Both the position numbers and the translations under genes were made by a program. A stretch of 63,617 nucleotides of DNA, counting the filler. It is 7 parts of 7 records of this genome, joined end to end, with 100 filler letters (N's around TTAATTAATTAA, not from the genome) between each part and the next. Parts side by side here need not be neighbours in the genome. Positions count along the whole stretch, not along the records: positions 1 to 15,700 come from SRR20825019_1588; 6 more parts are not named here. One strand, 5' to 3'. The notes below the pieces were generated by a model. It was not told where the DNA came from and searched no databases. It saw only the letters and a program-made list of their open reading frames with translations. Below, piece after piece: positions 1 to 10,015 of the stretch (position 1 is the stretch's first letter; every line of letters begins with the position of its first letter).

Positions 1-1
1 C

Positions 2-3000
2 GGCCCGACCGAGGCGACGGTGGATGTCACCTGGCATGCCTGCTCGCCGCTTGAAAATCCCGATATCGTTCCGATTGGCAAACCGATTGCCAACACCACC
101 ATTCGCATCCTTGATGACAGGCTTGGCGACATGCCGATTGGCATTGCGGGTGAAATCGTGCTGGGTGGGCCGCAAATTGCACGCGGTTATCGCAACCGCC
201 CGGAACTGACCGCTGAAAAATTCCCCGACGATCCCCGCAACCCGGGACATAAACTGTATCGCACCGGCGATCTGGGGCGTTTCCTTGCCGACGGATCGGT
301 CGAATATCTTGGCCGGATCGATCATCAGGTCAAAATTCGCGGCTTCCGCATCGAATGCGGCGAAGTCGAAACCACGATTGAAAGCCACGATCTGGTTGAA
401 CGCGCCCTGGTCAAGGCGGTGCGGGTTGGCGAACTTGATGAATTGCATGCCTTTGTGCTGGGCGATGGCGACCTGACCATTGGTGTCCTGCGCGATCATC
501 TGCGCACCCGCCTGCCCGAATATATGATCCCTGCGCGTTTCTTTGCCCTTGATCATCTCCCGCTTACCAGCAGCGGCAAGGTCGACCGAAAGACCCTTTC
601 GGGCACACCGATGGCCGGTTCACCCAAAACCGCCAGCCGGAAATCAAAACCGGCTATCGCGGCAAAGCCCGACGCCGAAAATCATGATGTGGCAAATCTG
701 GAACGCGTTCTGCAACGATTGTGGCAGGAAATCCTGCCCGGTGTGATGGCGGATCGCGAAGACGGTTTCTTTGATGTCGGCGGCAATTCGCTTTTGCTGC
801 TGCGCCTGCATGAAAAAATCAATGCCCGCTGGCCCGGCAAGGTCAGCATTGCCGATCTGTTCGCCAGTGCCACCATCGCCCGCCAAGCTGAACTTCTGGC
901 CGGGCTGGATCTCGCAACCGACGATCTTGCGTCGGCGCAGGGTGCCCGGCTTGCCACCGACGAACCGATTGCGGTGATCGGTATCGGACTTCAGCTTGCC
1001 GGGGCGGACGATATCGAAACATTCTGGGCCGATGTTGCTCGCGGGGCGGATCGCGTCCGTCCGCTTCCGCCCGAACGCGATCATGAAACCCGCGACATGA
1101 TGGCCGCCATTGGCCGTTCGGTTCCGGCCCGCTTCCGCGAAGCGGCCTATCTTGACCGCATCTTTGATTTCGATCCGGGCCGTTTCCGCATGGCACCCGC
1201 CGATGCCGCCCTGATTGACCCGGAACAACGCCTGTTTATCGAAACCGCCCTGATGGCGATGGAAAATGCCGGTTATGGCGGGCAGGCCCTGCGCGGTAAA
1301 AAGGTCGGCATTTTTGCCGGTGGCGGGGCAAACCCGGCATGGCGCGTTGCCATGGAACATGTCGCACGTGACAAGGCCGAACAGGTCTTTGCCCTTAACG
1401 TGCCGTCAAACATGGTCACACGCCTGTCCTTCCTAAAGGACTGGCGCGGCCCGGCAAGTATCGTCGATACCGCCTGCTCGTCATCGCTGGTCGCGGTTCA
1501 TCAGGCCTGCCAGAATTTGCGCAGCGGCACATGCACCATCGCCCTTGCTGGTGGCGCAAAACTGATCCCCTGCCCGCCCGATGCGGACGGCGGCTTTACG
1601 ATTGATTCTTCCACCGCCCGCACCCGCGCCTTTGACGACGGCGCCGATGGTACCGGCATGGGCGAAGGCAGCGTTGTCTTTGTCCTCAAACCGCTTGGCA
1701 ACGCCATCGCCGATGGTGATCCCGTCCATGCCATCATCCGCGGCAGTGCCGTCAATCAGGATGGCGCCTCAAGCGGGGCGGCCGCCCCCAACCCAGCCAT
1801 GCAGGCCGATGTCATTAGGCAGGCCGCGCAAACGGCGGACATCGAACTGGGTTCCATATCCTATATCGAAGCCCACGGTACCGGCACATCGCTTGGCGAT
1901 CCGATTGAAATCGATGGCCTGACCCGTGCCTTTGCCGGAAGCACGGATGAACATGGCTTTGCCCTGATCGGCTCGGCCAAGGGGAATTATGGCCATCTTG
2001 ATGGGGCGGCGGGGGCCCTTGGCCTTGCGCGCGCCATCATGGCACTCCGCTTTGATCAAGCCCCGCCACAACCCTTCTTTGAAACCCCCAACAGCAGGAT
2101 TGATTTCGCCCGGGCCCCGGTGCGCCCGACCAATCGCCTTGAACCCTTGGCAGATCGCGGTGCGCCCAAACGCGCCGGTGTCAGCTCCTTCGGGCTAAGC
2201 GGCATCAACGCCCATGTGATCCTTGAAGCCGCCCCGAAACGCAGCGCAAATCCACAGGATGAAACACAGGATGAAGCCGCGCGAAACGGGACCTTCATCC
2301 TTGCGCTGTCTGCTGCCAACGAGGCGGCATTATCCGACTATGCCGCCAAACTGCATCGCGACATCGCCAGGGACACCACCCTTGATGTCCGTGACATCTG
2401 CCACACGCTTGCCAACGGTCGCGATCAGCTAAAGCATCGCTTCGCCGTTGCGGTGTCGGATCGCGACAGCGTTCTTAACGCTCTTGCCGGATTGATCGCC
2501 GGTGAAACGGCAAATTGCGCGGCCCCCAAACCTGCCACTAGGGCATCATCGGTTTCTGCGGTTTCGACCAATCCTGCCGATGCAACCGCCAACGCTCGTG
2601 AATGGCTGGCCGGTGCGAACCTGATCTGGCCCGACGACATGCGCGCGCGCCGCGTGTCCCTTCCCCATGCACCTTTTGCGAAAATCGTTTGCAAACCGGT
2701 CTTTGGCGACACCCGGGCACCTGATACCGCCATCATGACCGGCCCGGTCGAAACCGAAAGGGGCCGCTGCTTTGCCATTCCGGTCGCCTCCCCGTCCTTC
2801 TGGCCGACAAATGAACATCACCTGAACGGACAACCGACACTGGTCGGCATGGCGGTTCCCGCCATGATCGCAGCAGCGGCCCGAAACGGGACAGGCGACC
2901 AAACCGTTCATATTTCCGACCTTAAATGGCAAAAGGCCCTTCTTCCCAATGCCCTGCCCGATGGTACGGCAACGCTGCTGCTTGGAAATGACGGTCATGT

Positions 3001-6000
3001 CGAACTGGGTGGCCGTCTGAAAAATGGCAAATGGTCGGTCTTTGCCACCGCGCGCTGGGCCAATGACGCACCGGAAAAGAACCGGACAGACAATTCGCTG
3101 TCACTTGATCATGTGCGGGCAAAATGCACCTTGCAGGCCCATGTTCTGCCCCATGCCCCCCAGATCGGCCCGATTTCGATCAGCGACCGCTGGGATTGCC
3201 GGATGTCCATGCATTACAGCGCGGACGAAACCACGGCGATCACGCATCTGAAACTGAAACCGCAATATCATGCCGACCTGCGCGACTGGATCATTCATCC
3301 GGCCATGGCTGATATTGCATGCAGCATGATTCTGACGACCGAGGATAATGGCTCTCTCCCCGTCGGCATTGACGAAATCACGCTGCACGCCCCGTTTAGC
3401 GGCGATATCATTGTATGTGCCGAACGTCGTCATCCGGGCCAGGCCGACTTCACCTTCTTTGATGCCGACAGCCAAAAACTGCTTCTGACCATACGCGGCA
3501 TTCGTTTCTCGGGGGATGTTAACGGCAAAGCCGCATCCGCCATACCGGAACTGCTCGAAATTGACTGGTTGCCGGGCACGGTTGAAATGCAACCGGTTCC
3601 CGAAAACACCATCATGATTGCCGATGGCGATTTCTGGCCGATCCCGCCTGCATGTCAACGCGTCCATCCCGATATGCTCGGCAAGGATATGCTGGCAAAG
3701 GCACAAAACGTCATTCTGGCGTTGCAGCCGGGCGAAGACATCGCCCTTCGCACCGCCCGATGCCTGCGCGATATCCTGCGCTCGATGCGCGGACGGATGC
3801 GGCTTGTCGTTGCCGGAAGCGGTGCCTATCAGATCGACCGCGATACCATTCCGGCCTCCCCGGATCAAAGTGCCGCTGCCGGTGTTGCCATCGCGGTGGC
3901 CGCCGAAGAACCGCGTCTTGCCCTTTCCTTTACTGATATCGCACCGGCTGATTTCATCGCGCATGTCGGTGGTGAACTGGCAGCCGATCCTGGCCGCGAT
4001 CCGGTTTCGGTTTATCGCAATCAGGTCCGTTATCACCGCAAACTGCGCCCGATTTCAGGGCACGATAACCTGCCGCAACCCAACTGGCCCGATCATGGCG
4101 TCTGTGTCGTGACCGGCGGCACCGGCGGCTTTGCCATAGCCCTTGCCGATGAAATGGCTTTGGGCGGCAAAATCACGCTTGCCCTTCTTGCTCGTCGCGG
4201 TGAAGACGGTCTTGATGCCATTGCGCAGTCTAAACTGGCCGACCTGCGCGCCAAGGGTATTAAAGTATCAATCCACACCTGCGACGTTGCCGATAAAAAC
4301 GCCCTGTCCGATACCCTTGCCACGATCCGAAATAGTCTTGGCCCGATCACCGCCATCGCGCACGCCGCCGGGCTTGCTGATGGCGGATTCCTTGCCGTGC
4401 GCGACATGGATGCGTTCGACGCCATCATGGCCGCCAAGATCAACGGAGCCCGTCATCTTGACGCCCTGACCCTTAACGACCCCGTGCAGGCCTTTGTCAT
4501 GTTCGGCAGCCTGACGGCCATCGTCGGTGTACCCGGTCAGGCCGCCTATAGTGCGGCCAACGCCTTCCTTGACGGTTTTGCCCGTTACCGCAGGTCACAG
4601 GGCCGCCCGGCACTGACCATCGACTGGTGTGCCCTTGCCGATCAGGGCATGGCGGCGCGCCACAATGTACCGCTTCAGGACGGGGCCGCCATCACCCCGC
4701 AACAGGCCCCGGTCTTCTGGCGCGATGCCATGTGCAGCACCGCTGCACAGCTTGTCGTGCTTGATCCGGCCCTTGCCGGTGAAACAGCCGTACAACCGGA
4801 AAAACCCGTGACCACACCGGCATCTGTATCCGTCACGGCACCGGATATCCCGCAAAAGATCGCGGCCATCTGGGCCGAAACACTCGGCTATGATGCCATC
4901 GCACCGGATGATGATTTCTTTGCCCTTGGCGGCGATTCCATCACCGGCATGCAAATCGTCGACCGCATGAATGCCGAACTGAACCTGTCGCTGGCGATTT
5001 CGGACCTGTTTGCCGCACCGACGGTATCCGATCTGACGGCCCAATTCGCCCCGTCACCGGCGGGCGATGTCAACATACCTGAAATATCCGATCATCATGA
5101 CGCGATATCGGACGAAAAGGCCACTCCTGCGGAAAAAATTGCAAAAATCTGGGCTGAAATCCTTGGTTATGACACCATCGACCCGGACGAGGATTTCTAT
5201 GCCCTGGGCGGCGATTCCATCACCGGCATGCAGATCGTTGATCGCATGAATGCCGAACTTTCCTGCAATATCGGTCTTGCCGATCTGTTTGAAACCCCAA
5301 CGATCACCGCACTGGCCGCAAAAATATCACCATCCGTTGAAACGGCGGAACTTCCCCAGTCATCGGCAAATCCCCCAGCCGAAGAAACATCTCTGCCATC
5401 GGCATCAAAACCCGTAAAGGCAGCAACAGAAACCGGGCTCAAAATCGATCCGCGCCGCGCGCCTGAAATGGAATTCTATCCGCTGGCCCCCGAACAGGTT
5501 TCCGTTCTGCATGCCGAACATAGCGGCAATATGGGTACGGCCTTCAACCTGCCGCATGCCTTCATGCTTGATGACAGTATCGATCTTGATCGCCTGCGCG
5601 ATGCCATCTCCCGCCTGACGGAACGCCACGAAATCCTGCGTACCCGATTGATTGCCGATGGCGATGACTGGGCGATGAAAATTCTGCCACTTCATGACGC
5701 CCTGCCCGATCTGACGCCGATTGAACTTGATGCTTCGCTATCACTTGAAGATGTCGGCGCGGACCTTGTCATGCCGTTCGATCTGGCAACGGAAATCCCC
5801 GCGCGCTGGCGTCTGATCTGCGCTGCCAATGGTCAAAAGGCACTGTTCTTTGATATCCATCACACGGTTTGCGATGGCTTTACCATTGAAATGCTGCTGG
5901 GGGATTTGCTGGCCCTTTATCGTGGGCAGGTCTTGGCCCCACTCCCTTATCAGCTTCGCGATTACGCGTATTGGAGCCAGCAACCCGAAAGCCTCAAGCG

Positions 6001-9000
6001 GCTTGAAACGGCACGTGATTACTGGCTTTCCCTCTATCAGGGGCCGCTTCCGAAACTGGATCTGCCGTCTGATCGCAGACGCCCGGCCTTCCACAGCTTC
6101 AGGGGCGAAATCGTCGCGTTTGATATTGATCCGGCCTTGCTGAAATCGGCACGGAAATTCGCATCAGATCAACGCGTCACCATGTTCTCGCTCATGATGG
6201 CAACGTGGTTTGCCGTGCTTGGCAGGATCACCGCAACCGACGATCTGGTGATCAGCGTCCCGGTCAACCAGCGCGACGGGACGGGTTTCCGCAACGTGCC
6301 GGGCATGATGGTATCGCTTTTGCCGCTCCGCATGCAGATTGCTAATGATGAAACCTTCGCATCCCTACTGCACAAGGTGCAAAACCACCATATCGATGCG
6401 CTACGCCACCGGGCCTATTTCCTTGATCTGCTGCTCGATGATCTCTCGCCACCTGCCACCCCCGAACGCACCCTGCTGTCCGAAATATCCCTGTCTTACA
6501 TGAACTATGCGCAGGGCGATTACGGACCGGATGATCAGGCCAAAGCCATGCTCCCCATCGGCCTTAGCCGGCAGCAATGCAAAAACGATCTGGCGATCTT
6601 TGTCCGTGATCTGCCCGAACGAATGTCCATCTCGTTTGACTATTATGCCGATATGTTCGATCAGGCGCGCATGATCGAACTCGGTCACATCTTCACAAAA
6701 ACCCTGCAAAAACTGGTTACGACGGAAACTACCGCGAAAACCATACCGATTGCCGATCTTGATCTTCTGCCCGATGATCAGAAAACAAATATCGAAATCT
6801 GGGAACAGGGTCCGCAACCGGAAACCAGCCTTGATGCGGACACGAATGCCGGGATCTTTGCGATATTCGCCAATCAGGCCTCCGTCACCCCCGATGCCCC
6901 TGCCATCCGCGATAGCAACAGCACATGGACCTTTGGGGAACTGCATGCCAAGGCGCGCGCCATTGCCCATTGCCTGCAAACTGCCGGAGTCAAACCGGGC
7001 GATCTGGTTGCGATGCATATTGAACGCGGTCGTCCGGCCATTGCGGCAATTCTTGGGATTACCGCCATCGGCGCGGGATATGTCCCGCTTGATCCGGCCT
7101 ATCCGGCGGCGCGCAATCAATTCATCCTGTCAGACAGCCGCGCCAAACTGGTTCTGGTCGATGACATCGGATATGACGCGCTTGATGCACTGTCCGAAAC
7201 CGGCGGTCCATCCCCGCAACGGATAAATATCGCGGGCATTGCCCCGGCACCGGCGGACTTCACCCTGCCCGAATTGACCAACCCGGACAGTTTGCCTGCC
7301 TATATCATGTATACCTCGGGCTCGACCGGAACGCCCAAGGGGGTTCTGATCGAACAGGGGGCCGTGCATCGGCTGGCATTTGGGGCGGATTACGCCAAAA
7401 TCGTCGCTGGTGATGTGGTGGCACAGGCGGGGCCGCTGGCATTTGATGCCTCGACCTTTGAAATCTGGGCGACCTTGCTGCGTGGGGCGGAAATCGCCGT
7501 AATTGACCGGGATGACCTGCTTGATCCGGCCAAATTCGGCGATGCTCTGTCGCAATTTGGTGTCGCGAAAATGTTCATGAGTGTCGGCCTGTTCAACCGT
7601 CAGGTCGATCATGATCCCCGCACCCTTGCCGGACTTGATATCCTGATGATCGGCGGGGATGCCATCAGCAAACAGCATGTCAGAACCTTTATCGCCACCT
7701 GCCCCGATGTCACGGTTCTGAACGGCTATGGTCCGACCGAAAGCACCACCTTTGCCGTTGTCGGCCCGATCGCCGAAAATGATCTGTCGGGCGATACCGA
7801 TGCCACCATTATCGGCAAACCGATCCCCTTCACCAAAACCCTGATCCTTGATCAGAACGGTCAACGCGCGCCCGTCGGCGTCTGGGGCGAATTGATGATT
7901 GGCGGCTCACGGCTGGCGCGCGAATACTGGCAACGCCCCGACCTGACCCGCGAACGGTTCATCCCCGATCCCGATCAGCCGGGCCAACGGCTCTATCGCA
8001 CCGGTGACCTTGCCCGCTGGACCCGCGATGGCCGGATCGAATTTGGCGGCCGCCATGACAATCAGATCAAATTGCGCGGTTTCCGCATCGAACTGGATGA
8101 AATCGAACAGCAGCTTCAATCCGCACCCGGCATCAAAAATGCCGTTGCCCTGTTTGATGCCACCGCGCCTGACGGCGGGGCAATCATCGGCTGTATTCAG
8201 ACGACACAGGATCAGGATATCGATATCCCTGCCCTGATGACGTGGCTTGGCACACATCTGCCAGGCTACATGATCCCGGCGAAATGGCATATCGTCGATA
8301 CCATCCCGATCACCGCCAATGGCAAGGTGGATCGCAAGGCATTGCTCGAAACGGTGCGCACGCAATCAAGTGCGCTGGCCCTTGACGGCGGCACAGATAC
8401 CCCGCCCGCCACCCCGGCCGAGGAACTGGTTGCCGATATCTTTACCGAGGTTTTCGCAAACCCCATCCGTAACCGCCACGCAAGCTTCACCCAGCTTGGC
8501 GGTCACAGTCTGATGGCAATCCGGATCGTAAACCGCATTGCGGACCGGACCGGCAAACGCATCAGCATGGCCGGCTTCTTTGCCGATCCAACGGTTGCGG
8601 GGCTGGCCCGCCATATCGAAAATGCCACCATTGATATCGCCGCCACCGGTAATGGCCAAATCCCGCGCGCCCCGGCAATGGAATATTACCCGGCCAGCCA
8701 CGCGCAAAAACGGCTTTATCTGCTCTCAAAGATGGACGGCAACAGCGGTGCCTATGGCATGCTTTATGTCTTCCGCTGCACCGGTGATTTGCGGGCCGAT
8801 ATCCTGCAATCCGCCCTGACCCGTCTGGTGGACCGTCATGAAACATTGCGCACGGGCTTTGCCGAACAGGACGGCACGATCACGCAGAAAATCCACGCCA
8901 CCACGCCGCCTGCCGTCGCGTTTGATGATCTTTCCGGTCATGGCGATCCGGCCCGCGAAGCCCTTCGCCTGACACGGCTTGAAGCCGCAACACCGGTCAT

Positions 9001-10015
9001 CCTTGACCAGCCGCCCCTGATCCGCGGGCGTGTGATCAAGGTGGCGGCAAATGAATGCCTGATGATCCTGATGACCCATCATATTGTCGGCGATGGCTGG
9101 TCTTCGCGCATCCTGATCAATGAACTTGGCGCGCTTTATGACGCCGTTGTCCATGAACGGAACGCTGCCCTGCCGCAACTTCCGATCACGTATAAGGATT
9201 TCGCCCATTGGCAATCCAAACAGAACTGGGCCGATGCCGCCGATTACTGGCGTCAACAGCTTGCCAATGCCCCGGAACAGATCAATCTGCCAACGGATCG
9301 CCCTGTACCGGAAAAACAATCCTTCCGCGGCGCGCATGTACATCTTGCCCTGCCCGATGATGTTTTATCGGGCCTGCATCGGCTTGCCAGCCTGAACAAA
9401 ACAACCCTGTCATCGGTTGGTCTGTCGCTGTTTTCCGCCGTGCTCTATCGCCTGACGCGCCAAACCGATATGGTCATCGGCATGGGCGTTGCCGGGCGCG
9501 AACGCATGGAAACCGAAGGCCTGATCGGCTTCTTCGTCAATGTCCTGCCGATCCGCATGCAGCTTGACGACGACACCGATCTTGGCGATCTGATCCGTAC
9601 CACCCATATCAATATTGCCAATGCGCTGGACCGGCAGGATTTCCCGTTTGATGAACTGGTCCGGGCCGTCGCGCCAAAACGCAAATCCAACCGTCAGCCA
9701 CTGGTAAATGTGGTGTTCGAATATCAGCGCTTCGAAGCCGTAAGCGGATTGGCGCAAAACGGCTGGGCTCAATCCGGCCTGCCGTTACTTGCCCCCGATG
9801 CTACGGGCATCCTGCCATCCAATATGGATGCCTTTGTCGATAACACGACGGCCAAACATGACATCATTCTGTTCCTGACCGAAGAAGCCGGTCAGGCACG
9901 CTTCACCCTTGAATATGATACCGATCTGTTCGATGCGGAAACCATGCAGCGCTGGTTGGCCTTCCTTGGCAAATTCGCCGCTGCTGCCGCACAAAATGCC
10001 CAAAGGGACGCATAA
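2..10015 (+). CDS. Hybrid NRPS/AT-less PKS megasynthase, 5'-truncated: A(partial)-T-KS-DH-KR-ACP-ACP-C-A-T-C; thalassospiramide synthetase (TtcB)-like
   Basis: Frame is open from the window start (GPTEATVDVTW). Motifs: YRTGDL, T GGNSL, KS DTACSSS/HGTGT/GH, DH HHLNGQP and HPAMAD, KR GGTGGF and YSAAN, two GGDSI ACPs, C HHTVCDG, A YTSGSTGTPKG, T GGHSL, C HHIVGDGWS. No AT GHSxG motif. Confidence 0.92.
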   Translation, partial: GPTEATVDVTWHACSPLENPDIVPIGKPIANTTIRILDDRLGDMPIGIAGEIVLGGPQIARGYRNRPELTAEKFPDDPRNPGHKLYRTGDLGRFLADGSVEYLGRIDHQVKIRGFRIECGEVETTIESHDLVERALVKAVRVGELDELHAFVLGDGDLTIGVLRDHLRTRLPEYMIPARFFALDHLPLTSSGKVDRKTLSGTPMAGSPKTASRKSKPAIAAKPDAENHDVANLERVLQRLWQEILPGVMADREDGFFDVGGNSLLLLRLHEKINARWPGKVSIADLFASATIARQAELLAGLDLATDDLASAQGARLATDEPIAVIGIGLQLAGADDIETFWADVARGADRVRPLPPERDHETRDMMAAIGRSVPARFREAAYLDRIFDFDPGRFRMAPADAALIDPEQRLFIETALMAMENAGYGGQALRGKKVGIFAGGGANPAWRVAMEHVARDKAEQVFALNVPSNMVTRLSFLKDWRGPASIVDTACSSSLVAVHQACQNLRSGTCTIALAGGAKLIPCPPDADGGFTIDSSTARTRAFDDGADGTGMGEGSVVFVLKPLGNAIADGDPVHAIIRGSAVNQDGASSGAAAPNPAMQADVIRQAAQTADIELGSISYIEAHGTGTSLGDPIEIDGLTRAFAGSTDEHGFALIGSAKGNYGHLDGAAGALGLARAIMALRFDQAPPQPFFETPNSRIDFARAPVRPTNRLEPLADRGAPKRAGVSSFGLSGINAHVILEAAPKRSANPQDETQDEAARNGTFILALSAANEAALSDYAAKLHRDIARDTTLDVRDICHTLANGRDQLKHRFAVAVSDRDSVLNALAGLIAGETANCAAPKPATRASSVSAVSTNPADATANAREWLAGANLIWPDDMRARRVSLPHAPFAKIVCKPVFGDTRAPDTAIMTGPVETERGRCFAIPVASPSFWPTNEHHLNGQPTLVGMAVPAMIAAAARNGTGDQTVHISDLKWQKALLPNALPDGTATLLLGNDGHVELGGRLKNGKWSVFATARWANDAPEKNRTDNSLSLDHVRAKCTLQAHVLPHAPQIGPISISDRWDCRMSMHYSADETTAITHLKLKPQYHADLRDWIIHPAMADIACSMILTTEDNGSLPVGIDEITLHAPFSGDIIVCAERRHPGQADFTFFDADSQKLLLTIRGIRFSGDVNGKAASAIPELLEIDWLPGTVEMQPVPENTIMIADGDFWPIPPACQRVHPDMLGKDMLAKAQNVILALQPGEDIALRTARCLRDILRSMRGRMRLVVAGSGAYQIDRDTIPASPDQSAAAGVAIAVAAEEPRLALSFTDIAPADFIAHVGGELAADPGRDPVSVYRNQVRYHRKLRPISGHDNLPQPNWPDHGVCVVTGGTGGFAIALADEMALGGKITLALLARRGEDGLDAIAQSKLADLRAKGIKVSIHTCDVADKNALSDTLATIRNSLGPITAIAHAAGLADGGFLAVRDMDAFDAIMAAKINGARHLDALTLNDPVQAFVMFGSLTAIVGVPGQAAYSAANAFLDGFARYRRSQGRPALTIDWCALADQGMAARHNVPLQDGAAITPQQAPVFWRDAMCSTAAQLVVLDPALAGETAVQPEKPVTTPASVSVTAPDIPQKIAAIWAETLGYDAIAPDDDFFALGGDSITGMQIVDRMNAELNLSLAISDLFAAPTVSDLTAQFAPSPAGDVNIPEISDHHDAISDEKATPAEKIAKIWAEILGYDTIDPDEDFYALGGDSITGMQIVDRMNAELSCNIGLADLFETPTITALAAKISPSVETAELPQSSANPPAEETSLPSASKPVKAATETGLKIDPRRAPEMEFYPLAPEQVSVLHAEHSGNMGTAFNLPHAFMLDDSIDLDRLRDAISRLTERHEILRTRLIADGDDWAMKILPLHDALPDLTPIELDASLSLEDVGADLVMPFDLATEIPARWRLICAANGQKALFFDIHHTVCDGFTIEMLLGDLLALYRGQVLAPLPYQLRDYAYWSQQPESLKRLETARDYWLSLYQGPLPKLDLPSDRRRPAFHSFRGEIVAFDIDPALLKSARKFASDQRVTMFSLMMATWFAVLGRITATDDLVISVPVNQRDGTGFRNVPGMMVSLLPLRMQIANDETFASLLHKVQNHHIDALRHRAYFLDLLLDDLSPPATPERTLLSEISLSYMNYAQGDYGPDDQAKAMLPIGLSRQQCKNDLAIFVRDLPERMSISFDYYADMFDQARMIELGHIFTKTLQKLVTTETTAKTIPIADLDLLPDDQKTNIEIWEQGPQPETSLDADTNAGIFAIFANQASVTPDAPAIRDSNSTWTFGELHAKARAIAHCLQTAGVKPGDLVAMHIERGRPAIAAILGITAIGAGYVPLDPAYPAARNQFILSDSRAKLVLVDDIGYDALDALSETGGPSPQRINIAGIAPAPADFTLPELTNPDSLPAYIMYTSGSTGTPKGVLIEQGAVHRLAFGADYAKIVAGDVVAQAGPLAFDASTFEIWATLLRGAEIAVIDRDDLLDPAKFGDALSQFGVAKMFMSVGLFNRQVDHDPRTLAGLDILMIGGDAISKQHVRTFIATCPDVTVLNGYGPTESTTFAVVGPIAENDLSGDTDATIIGKPIPFTKTLILDQNGQRAPVGVWGELMIGGSRLAREYWQRPDLTRERFIPDPDQPGQRLYRTGDLARWTRDGRIEFGGRHDNQIKLRGFRIELDEIEQQLQSAPGIKNAVALFDATAPDGGAIIGCIQTTQDQDIDIPALMTWLGTHLPGYMIPAKWHIVDTIPITANGKVDRKALLETVRTQSSALALDGGTDTPPATPAEELVADIFTEVFANPIRNRHASFTQLGGHSLMAIRIVNRIADRTGKRISMAGFFADPTVAGLARHIENATIDIAATGNGQIPRAPAMEYYPASHAQKRLYLLSKMDGNSGAYGMLYVFRCTGDLRADILQSALTRLVDRHETLRTGFAEQDGTITQKIHATTPPAVAFDDLSGHGDPAREALRLTRLEAATPVILDQPPLIRGRVIKVAANECLMILMTHHIVGDGWSSRILINELGALYDAVVHERNAALPQLPITYKDFAHWQSKQNWADAADYWRQQLANAPEQINLPTDRPVPEKQSFRGAHVHLALPDDVLSGLHRLASLNKTTLSSVGLSLFSAVLYRLTRQTDMVIGMGVAGRERMETEGLIGFFVNVLPIRMQLDDDTDLGDLIRTTHINIANALDRQDFPFDELVRAVAPKRKSNRQPLVNVVFEYQRFEAVSGLAQNGWAQSGLPLLAPDATGILPSNMDAFVDNTTAKHDIILFLTEEAGQARFTLEYDTDLFDAETMQRWLAFLGKFAAAAAQNAQRDA

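Noticed and set aside
4845-5325. Direct sequence similarity between two ~200-nt segments
   Set aside because: Explained by tandem ACP domains; they are diverged, so not a CRISPR array or assembly duplication.
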